This document shows positions 58,267 to 64,000 of a stretch of DNA of 64,000 nt, in pieces. Made by a program: the position numbers and the translations under genes. The stretch is from a virus, in IMG/VR virus record IMGVR_UViG_3300042898_002309, positions 1 through 64,000 of that record; one strand, 5' to 3'. Every line of letters begins with the position of its first letter. The stretch's first letter is position 1. The notes under the pieces were generated by a model. The model did no database searches and was not told the origin of the DNA. It was given only the letters and a program-made list of their open reading frames with translations.

Positions 58267-58853
58267 ATATCAAATTCATTATATGTTTTTAACTTTTCTT
58301 TTTCAACACTTTTAAAATATTCCTTTTGCCTAGACTTAGTAAACATCTTACGTATTTTTTTCATTGGATCAACCTGTATATACATAGGCCAATTTTCTGA
58401 ATATGTTTTAGCTACACTTCTTTTAAAGTTTCTAGATCCTGCAAAGGCCCAACATTCTCTATTATTAAAAGTATACTTAGTAGCATTATTAGTATAAAAG
58501 ATTTTAGCAAGTTTGCCATCTGTATCCCAATTTGTATTTGTTACTATTACTCCATATTTTGTTGACTTGCCAAAATCAATGTTTCTTCTAAACTTACTTG
58601 TTTGACATGTACCAATAAATATGTTACCTAAATTCTCTGGCAACTTTACACCATCCCTGGTTTCAATTACTGTTTCAAAAAATAAGTTATGAAATGTTGT
58701 ACATATTTTATATAAGTCCTTAGTGTCTACATCCTTATACTTAGGATACTTTTCTTTAAATGCTTTATAGAATTGTCTATTTAATACATGATATACATCT
58801 TGTCTAAATCTTTTACCTTTTACATCTGGTCCCTTAAATATTTTACTTTCCAT
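58263..58853 (-). CDS. IHF/HU-like DNA-binding protein (crAss-like)
   Basis: Basic 196 aa; GVKLPENLGNIFI; usual position upstream of the tail ring genes. Confidence 0.6.
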   Translation of the reverse strand: MESKIFKGPDVKGKRFRQDVYHVLNRQFYKAFKEKYPKYKDVDTKDLYKICTTFHNLFFETVIETRDGVKLPENLGNIFIGTCQTSKFRRNIDFGKSTKYGVIVTNTNWDTDGKLAKIFYTNNATKYTFNNRECWAFAGSRNFKRSVAKTYSENWPMYIQVDPMKKIRKMFTKSRQKEYFKSVEKEKLKTYNEFDI

Positions 58854-58857
58854 ACCT

Positions 58858-58882
58858 TATACATTAATATACTAAAATTTTC
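58858..58882 (-). promoter_or_regulatory. putative late promoter
   Basis: Minus strand reads aaaattttagtatattaatgtata, just upstream of the ATG and downstream of a terminator. Confidence 0.45.
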
Positions 58883-58934
58883 AGACTTATAAAAATTACA
58901 AGTTAAACAAATATAATATATATAACTCATATAT

Positions 58935-58972
58935 AAAAAATAACCCCGGTAATAAAATACATACCGGGGTCT
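58935..58972 (-). terminator. intrinsic terminator
   Basis: Minus strand reads accccggta-tgtattttat-taccggggt followed by tatttttt. Confidence 0.75.
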
Positions 58973-59017
58973 CGTTGTTAGCCACAGAAACCAACAAACT
59001 GCGACAATATTTTTAAA

Positions 59018-60313
59018 TTAACCAATCATTTTACCATTTGCTAATTCTATATTCCAAGCATATCCTGTTCCTAAATCTTGTACACAAGTTAATGTTAAAG
59101 ATTGATTTTTAAATAACACATTAGTTCCTATTGATGCAGTATCATCAAAAGTTAATAATGGTGACGTGCTTAGAACACCTGTATATTCAAGAATAACTGC
59201 TGGATCATAAAAAGAATAAAATATAACATCAAATACTCTACCTTCTAAAATTTGCCATGTTGATAAACTACCTCCACCACCTTCTGTAGTAGCACTGATT
59301 TTTATAATATCTCCTACAACTACTCCTGATGAAGGAAGTGTTAAAGATGTAAATGCCCCTGTAGTATCTCTAATAACATATCCATTATTAGCTGCAAGTG
59401 TTACTACAGGACTAGGTCCTGTTATGGTACTCCAAGTTAAACCACCACCACTACTAGGTGTTTGCCATTGAGCTTCTCCATTTCCAGTTATACATGTTAA
59501 AACTTTACCTACTCCTTCAGTACCATCCTGTAATCGTAAAGCATATTTACTTAATGAAGTACCTCCTACTATAAATGTACCACCAACACCAACTGCAGGA
59601 GCATTTGCTGTAACTACAGCCAAAAGTCCAGTATTTGTTAAACTTGAATTATTAACACTTATTTCTAAACCTCTGTTTTCTTGAGTATTAGTACCAGTAT
59701 TAGTAATATAAGCTCCATTTGTTATACTAGTTGCATTTAATAATTGGTCTATTCTAACAGTTGTATTTTTTGAGGCATTGCTAACATACAAAAGTGCATT
59801 AGCAGAAGGGGCTGCTCCAATTCCAACTGATACACCATCATCTCTAGTAACACCTATTCCAAGTGTAGTTCCATTTGGAGTCCAACGTGCAAGATAATTA
59901 AGTGTTCCAGAACCTGTAACTCCACCACTTGATATAACAGATAAAGGATTTGCAAAAGTACCATCACCTGAAAGTGTACCATCTACAAATATTCCTGTAA
60001 AACTAATTATTGGATTAAGTGGATCTGCATTATTTACATATACACCACCTGCACCATTATCAGTAACTGATTGTATACAGTTTAAAGAATTTGTACAAAA
60101 AAATAATACAATACTTTCTAATGCCTCAGCAATTGAAGAATCTTGTGCAACAACAATATTTGATCCACAAGTAATATTTTTTAGTGTATACATTACACAT
60201 TGTGCATCAAAAAATTCTGCACACGGTTGTGGATTAGGACAATCTACTGGAGTTGGGCAAGGAGGTAAAGAAGGGTAAGCATCATCACATCCGCATTTTA
60301 TACATGTATTCAT
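59018..60313 (-). CDS. tail fibre/spike-like structural protein with Cys-rich N-terminus
   Basis: GSGT.NYLARW, DGTEG.GKVLT..NG.AQW, NNGY..DTT.GA...LTLPS...VGD.I.I fibre-type motifs. Confidence 0.6.
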   Translation of the reverse strand: MNTCIKCGCDDAYPSLPPCPTPVDCPNPQPCAEFFDAQCVMYTLKNITCGSNIVVAQDSSIAEALESIVLFFCTNSLNCIQSVTDNGAGGVYVNNADPLNPIISFTGIFVDGTLSGDGTFANPLSVISSGGVTGSGTLNYLARWTPNGTTLGIGVTRDDGVSVGIGAAPSANALLYVSNASKNTTVRIDQLLNATSITNGAYITNTGTNTQENRGLEISVNNSSLTNTGLLAVVTANAPAVGVGGTFIVGGTSLSKYALRLQDGTEGVGKVLTCITGNGEAQWQTPSSGGGLTWSTITGPSPVVTLAANNGYVIRDTTGAFTSLTLPSSGVVVGDIIKISATTEGGGGSLSTWQILEGRVFDVIFYSFYDPAVILEYTGVLSTSPLLTFDDTASIGTNVLFKNQSLTLTCVQDLGTGYAWNIELANGKMIG

Positions 60314-60324
60314 AATATTTTTAT

Positions 60325-61758
60325 TTATTTAACTTTTTGTATTGACATTCTTGCAACATCACCGGGAGTTGATGCATATACTGCATTTGAATTATTAAGT
60401 ACTCTAAGACATAATTGATCACCTGCTGTTATAGGTCTTCCTAATACAGTTCCAGTTACATCAACATATTGTAATGCATTTGTTATTCCACAAGTAGCAG
60501 CTATATAATAACTTGTTCCTGAAGTAATAGTAATACCAGCACTAATACTTCCAGAAGTATAATTATCTTTTAAATGTACCCAAAAACATAAATTATATAT
60601 TCCTGTTGAAGGACAAGTCCAAAAACCTGTTAAAGGATTATATGCAGCAACATCATCATATTCTATATTAGTAAGTTTTACTAATACACCATTAGATAAA
60701 TCTACTAAATTTGATGGTGCTACTATTGGTAAAGCTGGAGGAGTTACCCATGCAGACATTGCAGGTGGTACTATTACATCTGCTGTTAATGTATATGTTG
60801 GTCCAACACCTACTGATAAATTTACTGTTGCTGTATCTGCAATTGATTGAGCTTGAGGAATTACATCTGCACTAACTATATAAGCTGGTCCTCCTGTTAC
60901 ATTCATAGTAATTGTAGGAGTATTTAAACCAGTAAGAGTTGTATGTCCATTTCTTAAATCTTCAATACATGCCCAAATATTATTAATGGTATCACATATT
61001 TGTACTGCCGGTGTTACCCATAATCCTGCATATTGTGCAGACATTTGTGCAAGAGGATTTGCTATAGAAAGATCAGTAGATGCAACAGTTTGATTTGTAA
61101 TTGCAGTTGCTAAGCATCCAGCATCTCCTGTTGTACTAACATAAGTACACCATACATCATTTATAAATGATTGTAGTATAAGATCAATTGCTTGTGTACT
61201 ACCACTAAGTAATGTAGATATATCACAACCTAATGTAAACTCAGGTGTAGTATATGATGGAGGTACTGTATTTTCTAAAGTAGTTACTCTTATATCTAAA
61301 TCACCAATTGCTACATCTTGTAATGCATTAACATCAATAATTGCACATATTTTTTCACCAATAGCAAGTACGTACTCAGTTAGATTCATTGTAGTTATAG
61401 TACCATTTATAAAACATGGTGCTACTGTTACAATACAATCTGTTGGACATCCATTTGAAGGAGGTACATCAGGTACTAATGGAATGTTTTCAAGTTCACA
61501 TATTTTAACTATTAAGAAATTAATCAAATCAGTAAAAGTACTTGGTGCACAATTTACTAAATTAAAGCAATCAAGATCATAAGAATTAATATCTAATATA
61601 TCTAGAATTGCACATAACTCAGTTGCAAGTTTCTCAACTACATCTGTAATAGAATCTCCTCTACATAAGTTTATACACTTTAAATCCGGACCTGCCCAAA
61701 TTACACAATTTGAAGAAGTTGGACTACACGGTGAATTGTCAAAATTTAATGGTTTCAT
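60325..61758 (-). CDS. Cys-rich fibre protein with C-terminal C1q-like domain
   Basis: YNPLTGFWTCPSTGIYNL is a C1q signature; short coiled coil LDIRVTTLE. Confidence 0.7.
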   Translation of the reverse strand: MKPLNFDNSPCSPTSSNCVIWAGPDLKCINLCRGDSITDVVEKLATELCAILDILDINSYDLDCFNLVNCAPSTFTDLINFLIVKICELENIPLVPDVPPSNGCPTDCIVTVAPCFINGTITTMNLTEYVLAIGEKICAIIDVNALQDVAIGDLDIRVTTLENTVPPSYTTPEFTLGCDISTLLSGSTQAIDLILQSFINDVWCTYVSTTGDAGCLATAITNQTVASTDLSIANPLAQMSAQYAGLWVTPAVQICDTINNIWACIEDLRNGHTTLTGLNTPTITMNVTGGPAYIVSADVIPQAQSIADTATVNLSVGVGPTYTLTADVIVPPAMSAWVTPPALPIVAPSNLVDLSNGVLVKLTNIEYDDVAAYNPLTGFWTCPSTGIYNLCFWVHLKDNYTSGSISAGITITSGTSYYIAATCGITNALQYVDVTGTVLGRPITAGDQLCLRVLNNSNAVYASTPGDVARMSIQKVK

Positions 61759-61793
61759 ATCTTTAGTATCTATTTATAATATAACAATTTTAA

Positions 61794-63359
61794 TTAAGAA
61801 TTGCAACCACAACCACAATTTATAGTTTGTTGACAACTGTGAGTAATAGGAGTATTGCAACCACATCCACAACCTGTATCATGTGAACAACAATCTTGAA
61901 AAGGAGTACATACATAATCAGGATTCATAATTGCTTGTAACTCTAATAATTGAAATTTAATATCAAGTCTATACAAGTCATCTTCTGGACAACATGGAGC
62001 AATACCATATCTTTGTGCTATAACGTCTTTATATAGGACCTGAGAGTATGAGCAAGCTATTCTTTCATAATATTCAGTTGAACATGCTGGAGAATTATAT
62101 CCTGGTCTTATACTTTTAAAAGGAACATCTGATGGACATGCATTATCTACACATGGACCATTATCAGTATATATTTCAGGAAGATCCCATTCTTGAGGAT
62201 AAATCCATCTTAATACACAAAACTTTACACTAGTTGCTCCTGCTGCTAATGTAATTGATTTAATTGCATTATCACAATCTTCAAATGAGAAAACTGCAGT
62301 AGCAGTACTGTTATTAGTTATTGTACTACAGAAACATACTGTATTAGTTAAACATACTTCACATGATTCATATACTGCCTCTACTATAACTAAATCATCT
62401 GATGTATCTATATCAGTTTCTTCAACATAGTAACATGACTCAGGACAAAATTTAAGTTTAATAATAGATGTTAAGTATGCAGATAAATCAGTAGTAGTAT
62501 ATACTGTTGGAGCTATACCTGCACAATCTATTACTGCATATCTTGTTGCTGCACATTCTTGACATGTATCATAAGCATTTGTAACTACTACTATTACTGG
62601 AGAAGGTACTTCACCATTATATATACTTACATAAAAGCATCCTTCATATTCATCAAGAGTTACTATTCTATTTAAATATGCAGATAAATCTTCTGATGTA
62701 TATAATACAAAACTATCTGCTGGGTCACATGATTCTAATTTATAATTAATTACAGGAAGACATTCAGTACAATCTGTAAATGTAATAAGTACTGTTACAG
62801 GAATAGGAGATATACATAATCGTGCAATTGTTATTTCCCAACATCCTGGAAATTCAGCAAGTGTAACAATTTGACCAAGTGAATATGGAAATGCTAATTC
62901 TTGTGAATTAGATTGTATAACTTCATCTGTTTCACAATTAGTTAATTCATAACATACATCTTGACATTCATATATTTTACTATTAGGAAGAAGCACACAT
63001 GGTAAACCCATAGTAATATTAATATCAGTGCCTACAGCATCTGGATATGAACGTGAACATATTCTTGTTGGAGTTGTTTCATTTATAAGATTATTAATAG
63101 AATCTATATAAGTTACATTACCTATACCAGTAATTGTATAACATTTAGTTACACAAGGTACACATTGTTCTTCACTATATACTACAGGAATTAATGGTAA
63201 TACTATACTAGTTACTATTGTTACATACCAACAATTAATTGGATCTAAAGCAGTAGGCATTAATTTATTAACATATGCACTACACAAAGGACAATTAGCA
63301 GTATCTGTATATATTACTTCATCATTAAAACAATTATATAACTTATAATATGTTTGCAT
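61794..63359 (-). CDS. Cys-rich repeat structural protein
   Basis: 521 aa; tandem ~65-70 aa repeats Y.L..C....Y...DL..Y...........C(W/Y/F).V........V...Y..C..C. Confidence 0.75.
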   Translation of the reverse strand: MQTYYKLYNCFNDEVIYTDTANCPLCSAYVNKLMPTALDPINCWYVTIVTSIVLPLIPVVYSEEQCVPCVTKCYTITGIGNVTYIDSINNLINETTPTRICSRSYPDAVGTDINITMGLPCVLLPNSKIYECQDVCYELTNCETDEVIQSNSQELAFPYSLGQIVTLAEFPGCWEITIARLCISPIPVTVLITFTDCTECLPVINYKLESCDPADSFVLYTSEDLSAYLNRIVTLDEYEGCFYVSIYNGEVPSPVIVVVTNAYDTCQECAATRYAVIDCAGIAPTVYTTTDLSAYLTSIIKLKFCPESCYYVEETDIDTSDDLVIVEAVYESCEVCLTNTVCFCSTITNNSTATAVFSFEDCDNAIKSITLAAGATSVKFCVLRWIYPQEWDLPEIYTDNGPCVDNACPSDVPFKSIRPGYNSPACSTEYYERIACSYSQVLYKDVIAQRYGIAPCCPEDDLYRLDIKFQLLELQAIMNPDYVCTPFQDCCSHDTGCGCGCNTPITHSCQQTINCGCGCNS

Positions 63360-63364
63360 CTTAA

Positions 63365-63502
63365 TTATTTTTTTGGTTGTGATTGTTTAAGTTTTATTTC
63401 ATAAGCTGAAATACAATGTGTACATACCTGTGCTTTATTTGATGCAACTCTTTTTTGACATCCACATGATAAATTTTTACTGCAGTTTGAGCATCTAGCC
63501 AT
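63365..63502 (-). CDS. small Cys-rich zinc-ribbon-like protein (45 aa)
   Basis: MARCSNCSKNLSCGCQKRVASNKAQVCTHCISAYEIKLKQSQPKK*; not in the ORF track. Confidence 0.7.
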   Translation of the reverse strand: MARCSNCSKNLSCGCQKRVASNKAQVCTHCISAYEIKLKQSQPKK

Positions 63503-63523
63503 AATCTTTGGTTTTTTAATGGT

Positions 63524-64000
63524 TTAACAATTTTTACACTCTATTTTACGCATTATCTTTAATGCATAATTATATAAAGTCATTCCGTGAGTTGGTTCAT
63601 GACAGAATTCTACTTTTGCTTTTGCAGCATCCAAGTACATCTTAGCCATCTTCAATATCTCTAATTTCTTTTGAATACTTGCAGGTGGTTCACACGCAGC
63701 AAGATCTAATTTACATAAAATATTATTATAAATATTTAATGCTCTTGTAATTCTTAAATGATTATATATTACAAATACTGTATCATTAGGTGACACGCTA
63801 TATTTAATAACATATATACCATCTGGTAAATCACTAAATACTGTACCACCACATCCTTGAGTTTGTAATTGTAAATCACATGCTGTAAGAATTGTGTTTG
63901 CACCTTGCACTGTTGTAAGTTGAGTTGAATAATTAAATCCAGGTACAGTTACATTTAATGTAGGACATGATACGGGCATCAATGGTGAATAAATACTTGT
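63524..64000 (-). CDS. virion structural protein, 3' part (truncated by window end)
   Basis: Frame is open to the window edge; LPDGIY.IKYSVSPN motif; Cys-rich C-terminus. Confidence 0.7.
   Translation of the reverse strand, partial: TSIYSPLMPVSCPTLNVTVPGFNYSTQLTTVQGANTILTACDLQLQTQGCGGTVFSDLPDGIYVIKYSVSPNDTVFVIYNHLRITRALNIYNNILCKLDLAACEPPASIQKKLEILKMAKMYLDAAKAKVEFCHEPTHGMTLYNYALKIMRKIECKNC

Noticed and set aside
1-64000. tRNA, rRNA or structured ncRNA genes
   Set aside because: Intergenic gaps are short and AT-rich; the only hairpins found are terminator-like.

Overview
An AT-rich segment of a crAss-like (Crassvirales-type) phage genome, probably with a Bacteroidota host: no Shine-Dalgarno motifs are evident and the leaders are A-rich. 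It uses the standard genetic code. Two convergent blocks meet at a hairpin terminator near 11.3 kb. The + strand block (1-11269) carries early/replication genes: a GIY-YIG-like fragment, a DUF6878/DUF6915-like pair, a VWA-metallopeptidase plus MoxR-type AAA ATPase, a PD-(D/E)XK exonuclease, a family B DNA polymerase, a DUF932-like protein and two paralogous lipoproteins. The - strand block (64000-11310) carries virion genes: Cys-rich fibre/structural proteins, an IHF/HU-like protein, two ring proteins, a muzzle/tail-stabilisation protein, four cargo-type proteins, and three giant ejection proteins including the virion RNA polymerase (GGDFDIDK). The most striking feature is the 2507-aa gene (43746-51269), which is built as an array of effector cassettes. 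Two unrelated ADP-ribosyltransferase-like domains each sit between the same exact DNA repeats (42 bp upstream, 39 bp downstream, copies in-frame), followed by a third, HExxH peptidase cassette. The modules are punctuated by a recurring xxxGG motif shared with the two neighbouring cargo genes. This suggests a recombinationally shuffled, proteolytically processed, virion-delivered effector polyprotein. All annotation is from motif recognition by eye; no searches were run.
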